64,000 nt of DNA from an uncultured virus (IMG/VR IMGVR_UViG_2841800567_000010) (IMGVR_UViG_2841800567_000010); one strand, 5' to 3'; shown: positions 10,214 through 19,913, counted from the stretch's first letter. The notes: generated by a model from the sequence alone, not told the origin. Numbers and translations: made by a program.

Positions 10214-10922
10214 TATCCGTAAGCCTTTTGCAATCAGTGAAAATATGGCAGGCTAGTCTGGTCTCGCAAGACTGACTGAACCCTGGTCGACTCACAGTGC
10301 ATACCTGTGGGTTGATGACCAGTCCGGTGTTCGAGCACCGGGCTGGTCGTTCTTTCACTGTCAGGATGAGATTTATGGATAACTGTTTTCTATTAACGCA
10401 ATTTACTGGATGTGTAACCTACGTGCAGTGTTTGTTCGATAAGGATTGTTTTCTGAATGGGAACGTATTACACACTTGATTCCGCTAATCGTCTGCCTTC
10501 GCCTTGCCATGTAATTACCGTAAAATACGAACCTGAAGTGCCGGAGCTGGCCGCTTTCCTTCATCAGATGTATCCCGATGGTCTTTCCAGGCACGGTCAT
10601 AACTATCTCTATAATCCCGGCCCTAAAATGGAAGATGACAGCGGAGTCAGCAGAAGTCTGCTGGTCGGTCTGGTGTTTGAGTTAGTTCGCCGTAGCCATT
10701 TTCCTGACAAACCCTCCCGTTATCAGTCACTGTTTGCCTGTCAGCATCTGAGTGAAGTCAGGAAGTTCCGGGGATTACTGGCCGATGAGAGAGGCGAAGA
10801 GGAAATCAGAACGGCACCGATATATGAAGTCATCACAGATGAGCCGGTGCATCGCGGAGATATGAGGTTATTGAACAGTGATTGCCCGGTGCTGGAACTG
10901 TATCACCGGGCCTGGCTTTACT

Positions 10923-12123
10923 TGTACTAGCTCAGACCTGATCTGACAGTTACCGGTTATTTATACAGGTGTCTGTCAGATTACATCTGGTTCAGATTTT
11001 TTTCTGCCCAGACTCGTTTACCATCAAGTAACGTGGCCATTGGCGTACGCCCGCAGCACATTTTTCCCTGATGAGTTCGCTCATTATTGTAATGCCACAA
11101 CCAGTTGTCCAGATCCGTTTGCAGGCTCTCCAGGTCTTCGTATAACTTCTTACGGAACGTAACCTGATAAAAATCCTGCAAAATAGTTTTATGGAAGCGC
11201 TCGCAGATGCCGTTCGTCTGCGGAGACATCGCCTTCGTTTTTGTATGGTCGATATCGTTGATGGCCAGATACAGCTGGTAATCATGCTGCTCCACCTTAC
11301 CACAGTACTCCGTTCCACTGTCGGTCAGGATCCTCAGCATCGGCAGTCCCTGAGCCTCGTAGAACGGCAGTACGCGATCATTGAGCAGGTCTGCGGCGGT
11401 GATCGGCGTTTTACTCGTATACAGCTTGCAGTGTGCCACTTTCGAGTACGTATCCACGAACGTCTGCTGGTAGATACGACCCACACCTTTCAGATTGCCC
11501 ACGTAGAAGGTGTCCTGCGACCCGAGATAACCCGGGTGAGCAGTTTCGATTTCTCCGCTGGCCTCGTCATCGTGGGCCTTCTTCTCCAGCGCTGCGATTT
11601 GAGCGTCGGTAAGCACGATGCCTTCTCTGGCGACCTTTTCCTCAAGTGCCTTCAGGCGTTTACGGAAGTTCTCCAGGTCGTGCCGTTGCCAGATGGAGCG
11701 CACGCCGCTACCGGAGATAAACACGCCTTTTTTACGCAGCTCATTACTGGTCCGGTGTTGCCCGTGGGCCGGGAACTCAACGGCATATTCAACAACAGCG
11801 CGTTCAGTGGCTTCGTCGGCGCGGTTCTTCAGGTTGGGGACGCGGCGGTTCTGGTTAATCAGCGCATCGATGCCGCCTTCAGCAGCCAGTTCCTGATAAC
11901 GGTAAAACGTGTCGCGTGACACGCCCATGATCTTGCAGGCTTTTGATACGTTACCGAGTTCTTCGGCGAGATTGAGCAGGCCGGCTTTGTGTTTGATGAT
12001 GGGATTGTTAGTATGAATCATGAGAGTTACCTCGCGTTTTGTTTAAGGATTAGACACCCATATCAAAACCGGTAACTCTCAACCTTTCAAGGTCCAGTGT
12101 CAGATCAAGTCGCGACTAATACA
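10923..12123 (-). mobile_element. IS481-family element, copy 1 (1201 bp)
   Basis: TGTA...TACA imperfect terminal IRs; 7-bp target duplication CTTTACT at 10916-10922 and 12124-12130. Confidence 0.95.
10981..12021 (-). CDS. IS481-family transposase
   Basis: 346 aa; N-terminal HTH, QDTFY / ILTDSGTEY / NGICERFH DDE core. Confidence 0.95.
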   Translation of the reverse strand: MIHTNNPIIKHKAGLLNLAEELGNVSKACKIMGVSRDTFYRYQELAAEGGIDALINQNRRVPNLKNRADEATERAVVEYAVEFPAHGQHRTSNELRKKGVFISGSGVRSIWQRHDLENFRKRLKALEEKVAREGIVLTDAQIAALEKKAHDDEASGEIETAHPGYLGSQDTFYVGNLKGVGRIYQQTFVDTYSKVAHCKLYTSKTPITAADLLNDRVLPFYEAQGLPMLRILTDSGTEYCGKVEQHDYQLYLAINDIDHTKTKAMSPQTNGICERFHKTILQDFYQVTFRKKLYEDLESLQTDLDNWLWHYNNERTHQGKMCCGRTPMATLLDGKRVWAEKNLNQM

Positions 12124-12151
12124 CTTTACTGGTCGGGAGAAGCGGCCCCGG

Positions 12152-12475
12152 TTAAGACTGGTGAGGAAGAACCGTTCTGGGAACTGCTGATTCCGCTTCC
12201 AGTATTCGTTGGTCGCAGGATAACTGAGTAGCAGGATCAGATGCGGCTTTAAATCGTGATGTCGCCGCCACATTGCCAATCATCATGACGTTGTTTTCTC
12301 CGCTGGCGAAATGACTTCTTCCCTCTTCAAGTGCATCCAGCGCGTTTTTCAGTTCTGCAATCGCTTCGGTTGGGCAACATGCATCCACGCTTAGCGTGTA
12401 AGTTTTATTTTTCTCTCCGGTTCTGATCCCAAAGAGGAACCCTTTTTTAAAACCGGGCTGTTTCGGTTCAGTCAT
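12152..12475 (-). CDS. Hypothetical phage protein
   Basis: ATG 12475 with GGAGG upstream; 3' end overlaps the DUF2441-like gene convergently. Confidence 0.5.
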   Translation of the reverse strand: MTEPKQPGFKKGFLFGIRTGEKNKTYTLSVDACCPTEAIAELKNALDALEEGRSHFASGENNVMMIGNVAATSRFKAASDPATQLSCDQRILEAESAVPRTVLPHQS

Positions 12476-12538
12476 CGTGCTTGCCTCCCCTGTGTTTTGT
12501 GTGCCACCATTCTGGCCGCTTCCCTCTGCGAACACTTA

Positions 12539-12581
12539 TAACGCGCTTTAAAATCCGTATCCCGCCACATTTGTGATGCTG
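12539..12581 (+). promoter_or_regulatory. Candidate late promoter of the lysis operon
   Basis: TAA-N6-TTAA box with GATGCTG 36 nt downstream; shared with four other sites. Confidence 0.65.
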
Positions 12582-12605
12582 TCTCCACTACACAAGGAGA
12601 CACCC

Positions 12606-12956
12606 ATGAAAAACCTGAAAAAATTCATTCCCCCTGTTAAAAAGCCCCGTCTCAGCGGCTGGCTGCTGACCTCTGTGCTGCTGCTCGGCACCATCGGTCT
12701 GGTATCGCCCCAGCAGCTGCCGGTGGTTGTCTACAAGCTGTCGCTCATCACGCTGGCAGCAGTGCTGGGCTACTGGCTTGATCGTTCTCTATTCCCCAAA
12801 GCCCGTCCAGGTCAGTATCTGAAGCACGATGACAGGCTGATGGCTGATGGTCGCTTCCCCGTTCAGACTGGCCTTCACCTGGTCTTTTCCGCTGCGCTAA
12901 TCCGCCGTGCTCTGATCGTTGCCGCAGTCTGTCTGGCCGTAGCGACGGGGCTGTGA
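12606..12956 (+). CDS. Putative holin
   Basis: Three hydrophobic segments, LGYWLDRSLFP motif, AAGGAG RBS, precedes the endolysin. Confidence 0.8.
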   Translation: MKNLKKFIPPVKKPRLSGWLLTSVLLLGTIGLVSPQQLPVVVYKLSLITLAAVLGYWLDRSLFPKARPGQYLKHDDRLMADGRFPVQTGLHLVFSAALIRRALIVAAVCLAVATGL

Positions 12957-13681
12957 CCATGAACTGGCCCCAAATCACTTTCATCATCCTGCTCGCCTTT
13001 GGTCTGGGCGTAACCGCCATCAGGCATGGCGAGCCACGCAACGATAAATACAGCTTCTGGTGGCAGCTTGCTGGCATCCTGGTGATTACCTGGCTGCTCT
13101 GGTGTGGCGGCTTCTTCAGTCAGGCCCGCGCAGCCCAGCCTCCGCAGTCCGCGCTGCAGTATCGCGACGATGTGATCCGTAATGCCCGGCTTGAATGGGG
13201 GCTGTCTGCGCCGGTGGCCGATTTCGCCGCGCAGCTGCATCAGGAAAGTGGCTGGCGACCTGATGCGGTCTCGCCGGCTGGCGCTCTGGGGCTGGCGCAG
13301 TTTATGCCCGTCACCGCTGACTGGATAAGTCAGCTGATGCCGGGGCTGAACAGCCGTGAGCCGTTTAATCCTGCATGGGCCATCCGGGCGCTGGTCAGCT
13401 ATGACCGCTGGCTGTGGCAGCGCATCAGCGCCGCCAACAGCTGCGAACGTATGGCCATGACGCTGTCGGGATACAACGGCGGGCTGGGCTGGGTAAAACG
13501 GGATAAGCGGCTGGCCTCACAGCAGGGGCTGGACACCACACGCTGGTTTGAGCATGTTGCCCCGGTGAATGCCGGGCGCAGCGCCGCCAGCTGGCGCGAG
13601 AACCGCCACTACCCGCAGCGCATCCTGCACGAACTGGCACCGCGCTATCTCACATGGGGAGGCGGCAGCTGTGTGGACTAG
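12953..13681 (+). CDS. Lytic transglycosylase (SLT) endolysin with hydrophobic N-terminus
   Basis: HQESGW, GLAQFMP and YNGG SLT motifs. Confidence 0.88.
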   Translation: MTMNWPQITFIILLAFGLGVTAIRHGEPRNDKYSFWWQLAGILVITWLLWCGGFFSQARAAQPPQSALQYRDDVIRNARLEWGLSAPVADFAAQLHQESGWRPDAVSPAGALGLAQFMPVTADWISQLMPGLNSREPFNPAWAIRALVSYDRWLWQRISAANSCERMAMTLSGYNGGLGWVKRDKRLASQQGLDTTRWFEHVAPVNAGRSAASWRENRHYPQRILHELAPRYLTWGGGSCVD

Positions 13682-14324
13682 CCTGATAAAAAAAATGCCT
13701 TGGCGTGGCATGTTAATCACGCTTGCCCTGGTCGGGGCGCTGTATGGCCTGTACCGCTGGGGTTATCGCGATGGCCACAATGATGCAAAACGCGACGGGG
13801 ATGCGGCGCTAAGTCAGCTGCAGTCGGCATTCGATACCTACAAAACGGAGCAGGCAACGCTTGAGAACGCTGCGCTGCGGGCCTGGGCAAAGCGGTATCA
13901 GGATCAGGTTGCCGCAGGCCATCAGGCCGAAGCCAGTTACCTTGAGCAAATTGCTCAGCTTGAGAGCCAGAACAAACAACTACAGGGGCAAATTAACGAT
14001 GTCACACAGCGCTGGATTGATGAAAAAGGCAAGAGCCATCCCATTGAGTGCGTGTTTACTCGCGGTTTCGTGCGCCAGTACAACGCCGCGCTCGGATATG
14101 ACAACGCATCCGTTGACGCCGGTCATTCAGACGCAACTGCCGCCGCTGGCACCGGCACTCGCGCAGCGTCCGGGCAACCTGCAGCCGCTGACGCCTGGTT
14201 ACGCGACTCAGGCGTCTCCCAGCGTGACGTCCTCGCCAACATCATCGACAACGCGAAGCAGTGCCGCATCTGGCGCAGCCAGATAAACCAGCTGCTGGAC
14301 GAACGGGAAGGATTACAGAAATGA
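13671..14324 (+). CDS. Rz-like inner-membrane spanin
   Basis: GTG start after GGAGG; single N-terminal TM then coiled coil; follows the endolysin. Confidence 0.7.
   Translation: MWTSLIKKMPWRGMLITLALVGALYGLYRWGYRDGHNDAKRDGDAALSQLQSAFDTYKTEQATLENAALRAWAKRYQDQVAAGHQAEASYLEQIAQLESQNKQLQGQINDVTQRWIDEKGKSHPIECVFTRGFVRQYNAALGYDNASVDAGHSDATAAAGTGTRAASGQPAAADAWLRDSGVSQRDVLANIIDNAKQCRIWRSQINQLLDEREGLQK
14020..14286 (+). CDS. Candidate embedded Rz1-like lipoprotein
   Basis: MKKARAIPLSACLLAVSC lipoprotein-like signal, Pro/Thr/Ser-rich body, +1 frame inside the Rz-like gene. Confidence 0.45.
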   Translation: MKKARAIPLSACLLAVSCASTTPRSDMTTHPLTPVIQTQLPPLAPALAQRPGNLQPLTPGYATQASPSVTSSPTSSTTRSSAASGAAR

Positions 14325-14653
14325 CGTTGCAGGTTGAATTCTGGACGGTGGTGGGCTTTCTCATCACCTTCATGAGCTTTGTCGGCGGTATGGCTAAGTG
14401 GTTGTTCAGTAAAGCAGAGGAGCGTCAGGCGGCGCGGTTCGCCTCCCTTGAGCAGTCGCTGCAACAGTCCGCCTCCAACTGGGGCGAGCTGGAAAAAGAA
14501 TTTATGCGGTTTAAGGCGGATTTACCGCTGAACTACGTCCGCCGCGAGGATTACATCCGTGGCCAGACGGTCATCGAGGCCAAGCTGGACGCACTCTACA
14601 ACAAACTGGAAGTGGTACAGCAGTACCGTCATACAGGAGGTCACCATGGTTGA
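14321..14653 (+). CDS. Membrane-anchored phage protein (Mu gp25 position)
   Basis: N-terminal TM, LPLNYVRREDY motif, coupled to its neighbours. Confidence 0.65.
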   Translation: MTLQVEFWTVVGFLITFMSFVGGMAKWLFSKAEERQAARFASLEQSLQQSASNWGELEKEFMRFKADLPLNYVRREDYIRGQTVIEAKLDALYNKLEVVQQYRHTGGHHG

Positions 14654-14957
14654 TATCGCCCGCGTGCGCCGGGAATCCCTGCGCTGGAGTCTGCTGGTTG
14701 CTCTGAACAAAACCCGCCCGTATACCGCCAGCGAGACGCTACTGCTGGATGTATCCCGTGCCATCTACCCGGACACCACGCCGCTGGAGCTGCGTCGGGA
14801 GCTGGATTATCTGGCCGACCGCAGGATGGTCGAACTGGAGAAAAAACCCTCCGGCGACTGGTTTGCCGACCTGACCCGCCTCGGTGTTGACCTGGTGGAA
14901 TATACCGTTGAATGCGGCCCCGGCATTGCCCGCCCGGAAAAGTACTGGAGTGAATGA
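14646..14957 (+). CDS. Mu gp26-like winged-helix protein
   Basis: LRRELDYL..LTRLGVDLVEY..PGIARP; GGAGG RBS. Confidence 0.7.
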   Translation: MVDIARVRRESLRWSLLVALNKTRPYTASETLLLDVSRAIYPDTTPLELRRELDYLADRRMVELEKKPSGDWFADLTRLGVDLVEYTVECGPGIARPEKYWSE

Positions 14958-15502
14958 TGGCCAGACGCATCACGATAGATAAGCTGCCGGAAAACGTGCG
15001 CCGCTGGCTTGAGCGGGCGCTGACTGAATCCGGCTTCAGCGGGTATAACGAGCTGGAGTCCCTGCTGCGTGAGCAGGGTTACGTCATCAGCAAGTCGGCT
15101 ATCCATCGCTATGGCCAGAAGATTGAGCGCCGCTACGGCGCTATCCGCGCAGCCACCGAAGCGGCCCGGATGCTGACCGAAGGTGCGGCTGACGATCAGG
15201 ATGCACGTTCAGAAGCCGTCATCGCCCTGATCCAGACCGAACTGTTCGAGAGCATCGTCCAGTTGCAGGAAGCGGAAGAAGGCGAAGTCGACCCCAAAGA
15301 ACGCGTGGCGCTGCTGTCCAAGGTGGCGAAGAACGTGGCCACGCTGTCCCGCGCCTCCGTCAACCTGAAGAAATTTCAGAGCGAAGTCCGTGACCGCGCC
15401 CGGCAGGTAGCCAGCAACGCTGAGAAGATTGCCCGCAAGGGTGGACTGTCAGCCGATGCCGTGCAGGCGCTGAAGCGCGAAATTCTGGGGATTGCATCAT
15501 GA
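14954..15502 (+). CDS. DUF3486 / Mu gp27-like small terminase subunit
   Basis: IDKLPENVRRWL and ISKSAIHRYG; upstream of the large terminase. Confidence 0.8.
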   Translation: MMARRITIDKLPENVRRWLERALTESGFSGYNELESLLREQGYVISKSAIHRYGQKIERRYGAIRAATEAARMLTEGAADDQDARSEAVIALIQTELFESIVQLQEAEEGEVDPKERVALLSKVAKNVATLSRASVNLKKFQSEVRDRARQVASNAEKIARKGGLSADAVQALKREILGIAS

Positions 15503-17022
15503 CCACACTGGCACCTGTATTACCGGATACCTCGGCGCTGGATATCCCCGCCGTTCTGATGCCTTACCAGCAGCGCTGGGTAGCTGATACGTCCCCACTC
15601 AAGGTGATTGAGAAGAGCCGCCGAACCGGTATTACCTGGGCTGAAGCCTCCGACAACGTGCTTACAGCAGCCTCTTCAGCACCTGCCGGTGGCATGAACG
15701 TGTATTACATTGCCTATAACCAGGACATGACCGTCGAGTATATCCAGGCCTGCGCCATGTGGGCGCGGGCCTTCAACTACGCCGCCAGCGAGATTCAGGA
15801 AGGTTTCTGGGAAGAGAACGAAGACGACAAGCACATCAAAACGTATACCATCAGGTTTCCCGATTCCGGCTTCCGCGTTGTCGCGCTCTCCAGTCGCCCG
15901 TCGAACCTGCGTGGCCGTCAGGGCATCATCGTTATTGATGAGGCCGCGTTCCATGAGCAACTGGACGAACTGCTGAAGGCGGCGCTGGCGATGCTTATCT
16001 GGGGCGGCAAGGTGCGCGTTATTTCCACCCATGACGGTGACGACAACCTTTTTAACACCCTTATTGGCGATATCCGTGCCGGGCGTCAGGGGGGCAGCGT
16101 ACAGCGAATTGCCTTTAAAGAGGCCGTGGCACAGGGTTTGTTTCACCGTGTCTGTCTGCGAACCGGGACGGAGTGGACGCAGGACGCTGAGCAGGCGTGG
16201 ATGGCGTCGGTGTACAAATTCTACGGCACCGGCGCATCTGAAGAGCTTGACTGTGTCCCGGCCAACGGCGGCGGAGCCTGGCTGTCCCGCGCCCTGATTG
16301 AGTCCCGTATGTCGGCAGGCACACCAGTGCTGCGCCTGACCTGCCCGGAGGGCTACGAGCTGAAGCCCGATGACGTTCGATGGAGCGAGACGCAGGACTG
16401 GCTGAATGAGAACCTGAAGCCGCTGCTGGAGGCGCTCCCCGCTGACGCACGTTCTTTCCTGGGGCGTGACTTTGGCCGCAGCGGTGACCTGTCGGTGGAT
16501 TATCCCCTGCTGCAGGAGAAGAACCTGGTACGCCGCGTCCCGTTCGTGCTGGAGCTGCGCAACGTACCGTTTAAACAGCAGGAACAAATCACCTGGTATC
16601 TGATGGATGGTCTGCCCGGTCTGATGGGGGCCGCGTTCGATGCCCGTGGTAACGATGCCTATCTGGCGGAGTACGCCATGCAGCGCTACGGCTCCAGCCG
16701 GGTTAAGCAGGTGATGCCAACCGAGGCTTGGTATCGTGAGCATATGCCGCCGGTCAAGGCTGCGCTGGAAGATGGCAACCTGGTGGATTTACCGAAGGAT
16801 GAAGACACGCTGGACGACCTGCGGGCCGTTCAGGTGGTCAACGGCGTTCCGCGCGTGCCGGAGCAGCGCTCAAAAGCGAAGTCTGATAGTGGCAAACGTC
16901 ACGGAGATTCAGCTATCGCGCTGGCGCTGGCGTACTTCGCCAGCCGTGAAATTAACAAAGGGCCGGTGAAGGCAAGCTCACGCCGTCGCCGTCAGGCGGC
17001 CCGTATGCTGGAGGATTACTGA
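15499..17022 (+). CDS. Terminase large subunit (Mu gp28-like)
   Basis: EKSRRTGITW, IVIDEAAF, GRDFGRSGD and HGDSAIALALA. Confidence 0.92.
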   Translation: MTTLAPVLPDTSALDIPAVLMPYQQRWVADTSPLKVIEKSRRTGITWAEASDNVLTAASSAPAGGMNVYYIAYNQDMTVEYIQACAMWARAFNYAASEIQEGFWEENEDDKHIKTYTIRFPDSGFRVVALSSRPSNLRGRQGIIVIDEAAFHEQLDELLKAALAMLIWGGKVRVISTHDGDDNLFNTLIGDIRAGRQGGSVQRIAFKEAVAQGLFHRVCLRTGTEWTQDAEQAWMASVYKFYGTGASEELDCVPANGGGAWLSRALIESRMSAGTPVLRLTCPEGYELKPDDVRWSETQDWLNENLKPLLEALPADARSFLGRDFGRSGDLSVDYPLLQEKNLVRRVPFVLELRNVPFKQQEQITWYLMDGLPGLMGAAFDARGNDAYLAEYAMQRYGSSRVKQVMPTEAWYREHMPPVKAALEDGNLVDLPKDEDTLDDLRAVQVVNGVPRVPEQRSKAKSDSGKRHGDSAIALALAYFASREINKGPVKASSRRRRQAARMLEDY

Positions 17023-18518
17023 TGGTCCGTGGACTCTGGGTTTCACCCAGTGAATTTGTCAGCTTTGCCGAGCCGAACAAGACGCTGACGGAGCAGATTG
17101 CGTCACGCAGCCGCTCCATCGACTTTTTCGGTCTGGGGATGTACCTGCCCAATCCCGATCCTATTCTCAAATCACAGGGCCGGGATATCCGCATCTATCG
17201 CGAGCTGCGTACCGACCCGCTGGTGGGTGGCTGTATCCGCAGGCGTAAAGCGGCAGTGAAGTCTCTGGAACGAGGTCTGGAGCAAGGTCACGCTTCGCCT
17301 CAGGTGCTCAGCTTCATCCGGGATATGCTCGACGATCTGGATTTGTCACGCATCATCGGCGAGATGACTGATGCCGTGCTCTACGGGTATCAGCCCTGTG
17401 AAATCATGTGGGGCCGTTCGGTTAAGTCCTGGGCGGTCACCGATATCGTGGGCAAACCGCCCGAGTGGTTCCAGTTCGATAACGACAACCTGCTGCGCTT
17501 TCGCGCCAAAGACGCCGGGCTGGAGGGCGAAGCCGTACCGCTGAATAAGTTCGTGGTGCCGCGTCAGGATGCGACCTACGACAACCCGTATGGCTTCCCT
17601 GATTTGTCTATGTGCTTCTGGCCCGTTACGTTCAAGAAAGGCGGAATGAAGTTCTGGGTGCGCTTTGCTGAGAAATTTGGCTCGCCGTGGGTTATCGGTA
17701 AGCATCCACGCGGTACCGCACAGGGCGAAATTGACCTGCTGCTGGACTCGATGGAGGCGATGGTCGAGGACGCCGTGGCGGCTATTCCCGATGATTCCTC
17801 TATTGAAATCAAAGAGGCCGCAGGCAAAGCCGACAGCAGCGATATTTACCAGAATCTGATTACGCTCGCCCGCAGTGAAATCTCTATTGCCCTGCTGGGG
17901 CAGAACCAGACCACCGAGGCGAACAGCAACCGCGCCTCGGCGCAGGCCGGGCTGGAAGTCACCAGTGATATCCGCGATGCCGACGCCGAGATTGTGGTGA
18001 GCGCAGTAAATCAGGTTATCCGTCAGGCCGTCTCGCTGAACTTTGGCGATGTGGCCAGCCCCGTCTGGAAGATGTGGGAACAGGGAACGGTCGACGATAC
18101 GCAGGCTACCCGCGATGAGAAACTCAGCCGCGCAGGTGTGGTCTTCACGCCGCAATACTTCAGGCGCGAGTACCAGCTGCAGGACGGCGATATTGATGAG
18201 ACACCACCGTCAGAGCGCCAGAAGAACGCGCTGCCGCTGTCGTTCGCCGAGGCCATAGATGCTGATATTCAGGCCCAGCAGGACCTTGATGATGCGCTGG
18301 ATATTCTGATGAACGGCGGCACCTTAAACGGCGTACTTGCGCCGGTGCTGGAGCCGCTCTTTAACCAGGTGAAAGACGGCGTTAACCCGGCTGAGCTTCT
18401 GGGGGCGCTGGCTGAACTGTACCCGCAGATGAATGCGGATGACCTGCAGGAGCGGCTGGCCCGTATCCTGTTTGTTGCAACTGTCTGGGGGCGTCTGCAT
18501 GAGCGTGACAACGGCTGA
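17022..18518 (+). CDS. Portal protein (Mu gp29/DUF935)
   Basis: FWVRFAEKFGSP and ISIALLGQNQT; follows the terminase. Confidence 0.9.
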   Translation: MVRGLWVSPSEFVSFAEPNKTLTEQIASRSRSIDFFGLGMYLPNPDPILKSQGRDIRIYRELRTDPLVGGCIRRRKAAVKSLERGLEQGHASPQVLSFIRDMLDDLDLSRIIGEMTDAVLYGYQPCEIMWGRSVKSWAVTDIVGKPPEWFQFDNDNLLRFRAKDAGLEGEAVPLNKFVVPRQDATYDNPYGFPDLSMCFWPVTFKKGGMKFWVRFAEKFGSPWVIGKHPRGTAQGEIDLLLDSMEAMVEDAVAAIPDDSSIEIKEAAGKADSSDIYQNLITLARSEISIALLGQNQTTEANSNRASAQAGLEVTSDIRDADAEIVVSAVNQVIRQAVSLNFGDVASPVWKMWEQGTVDDTQATRDEKLSRAGVVFTPQYFRREYQLQDGDIDETPPSERQKNALPLSFAEAIDADIQAQQDLDDALDILMNGGTLNGVLAPVLEPLFNQVKDGVNPAELLGALAELYPQMNADDLQERLARILFVATVWGRLHERDNG

Positions 18519-19320
18519 ACTGGCGTATTGCATGACGCTGCCCCCAAAACGGGCTATCAGCTACCTGAAATCCAAAGGGTATAAAATCACCTGGGACTGG
18601 GAGGAGATGTGGCAGGATGCCCATGCCCGCGCCTTTACCGTCGCCAAAGTGACCCGCCTCGATATTCTGGAGGATATCCGAAGCGCCCTGCAGAAAGCGC
18701 TGGACGAGGGGAAGACAGACCGCTGGTTCAGAAAGGAGCTGGAGCCGGAGCTGCAGCGCAAGGGATGGTGGGGGCCGCGTGACACCGCCGACCCGGTAAC
18801 GGGTGAGCCGGTGACTATCCAGCAGGGCAGCCCGTGGCGGCTCGACACCATCTTTCGCACCAATATGTCCGTACTCTACAGTGCCGGTCGCTGGGCGGAG
18901 CAGATGGAGAACGTCGACGACAGGCCGTACTGGATGTATACCGGCATCAACGACAGCCATACCCGCAAGAGCCATCTGGCGCTGCATGGTCTGGTGCTGC
19001 GCTATGATGACCCGTTCTGGCAGGCGTTCTACCCGCCGAACGGCTGGCGCTGCCGTTGTGGCGTCATAGCCCTGAGCGCGGCGGATGTGCGTGCCCGTGG
19101 CCTGAAGGTGTCAGATTCTGGCTCAGCCATGGGATGGGAGCTGAAGCTGGTCTCAGAGAAAACAGGCGAGATGCAGAATGTCGCCACCTTCAACACCGGT
19201 ACCACGAAGGTGGCTACCGACGTCGGCTGGTCTTATGCGCCGGGCGCAGCCTACCGTCCTGACCTTGCCCGCTATCAGGGCACGCTACAACCGCTGGCAC
19301 AGCAGGAACTGAGAGGATAA
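18499..19320 (+). CDS. Mu gpF (gp30)-like head morphogenesis protein
   Basis: RAFTVAK, RLDTIFRTN and YPPNGWRCRC. Confidence 0.9.
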   Translation: MSVTTAELAYCMTLPPKRAISYLKSKGYKITWDWEEMWQDAHARAFTVAKVTRLDILEDIRSALQKALDEGKTDRWFRKELEPELQRKGWWGPRDTADPVTGEPVTIQQGSPWRLDTIFRTNMSVLYSAGRWAEQMENVDDRPYWMYTGINDSHTRKSHLALHGLVLRYDDPFWQAFYPPNGWRCRCGVIALSAADVRARGLKVSDSGSAMGWELKLVSEKTGEMQNVATFNTGTTKVATDVGWSYAPGAAYRPDLARYQGTLQPLAQQELRG

Positions 19321-19322
19321 CG

Positions 19323-19781
19323 ATGGCTTCCGATAACCTGGTCAACATCACCATTAACGATGAATCCCTGCGCCGGAGCCTGCGGGCGCTGGATTTAGCC
19401 GCCACAGACCTGGAGCCTGCGATGCGCAAAATCGCCGGAACCCTGCTGGCGGAAACGCAGTTTAACTTTCTGGATGAGGGCCGTCCGGGCTGGACGCCGT
19501 CGCTTGCCGCGCAGGATCGTGATGGTCAGACGCTGCAGCTCACCGGGCGACTGATGAGGTCAGTTACAACCGACCATGACGACAGGCAGGCAGCAGTTGG
19601 CACTAACGTCGTTTATGGGCCGATTCACCAGTTCGGTGGTAAAACGGGGCGCAATGAGTCCGTTGAGCTTCCGGCCCGCCCGTTCCTGCCGCTGACAGGG
19701 GACGGTGAGCTGCAGTCTGATGTGGTTATTCCCATCCTCGATACGATTGTGCGTCATCTTGAATCTGCGGCCCGTCGCTGA
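19323..19781 (+). CDS. Mu gpG-like virion morphogenesis protein
   Basis: VGTNVVYGPIHQFGG and LPARPFL. Confidence 0.88.
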   Translation: MASDNLVNITINDESLRRSLRALDLAATDLEPAMRKIAGTLLAETQFNFLDEGRPGWTPSLAAQDRDGQTLQLTGRLMRSVTTDHDDRQAAVGTNVVYGPIHQFGGKTGRNESVELPARPFLPLTGDGELQSDVVIPILDTIVRHLESAARR

Positions 19782-19913
19782 TGTTAACCCTCCGGGACGG
19801 GCGATTTACCGCGTTACCCGCCCCGGAGCCTTTATAAAGGTTTACAGCCCCCTCGTTTACGGCTTTAATCACTCCTGCTTCCCTCTCTTTGTCTTATCCC
19901 CCCTTATTTTTTC

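Larger units (their letters stand above)
10457..12231 (+). pseudogene. DUF2441-like protein split by IS481
   Basis: ELVRRSHFPDKPSRYQSLFA motif; reading frame resumes after the IS as LYWSGEAAP..EPFWELLIPLPVFVGRRITE*; reconstituted 188 aa. Confidence 0.7.

Noticed and set aside
9855..10358. 167-aa ORF upstream of and overlapping the methylase as a Com-like regulator
   Set aside because: No CxxC..CxxC zinc finger; it mostly shadows the methylase and runs through the hairpin leader
15676..18155. Long antisense ORFs (355 and 269 aa) in the terminase/portal region and similar ones elsewhere
   Set aside because: Shadow frames of GC-rich coding genes with no recognisable motifs
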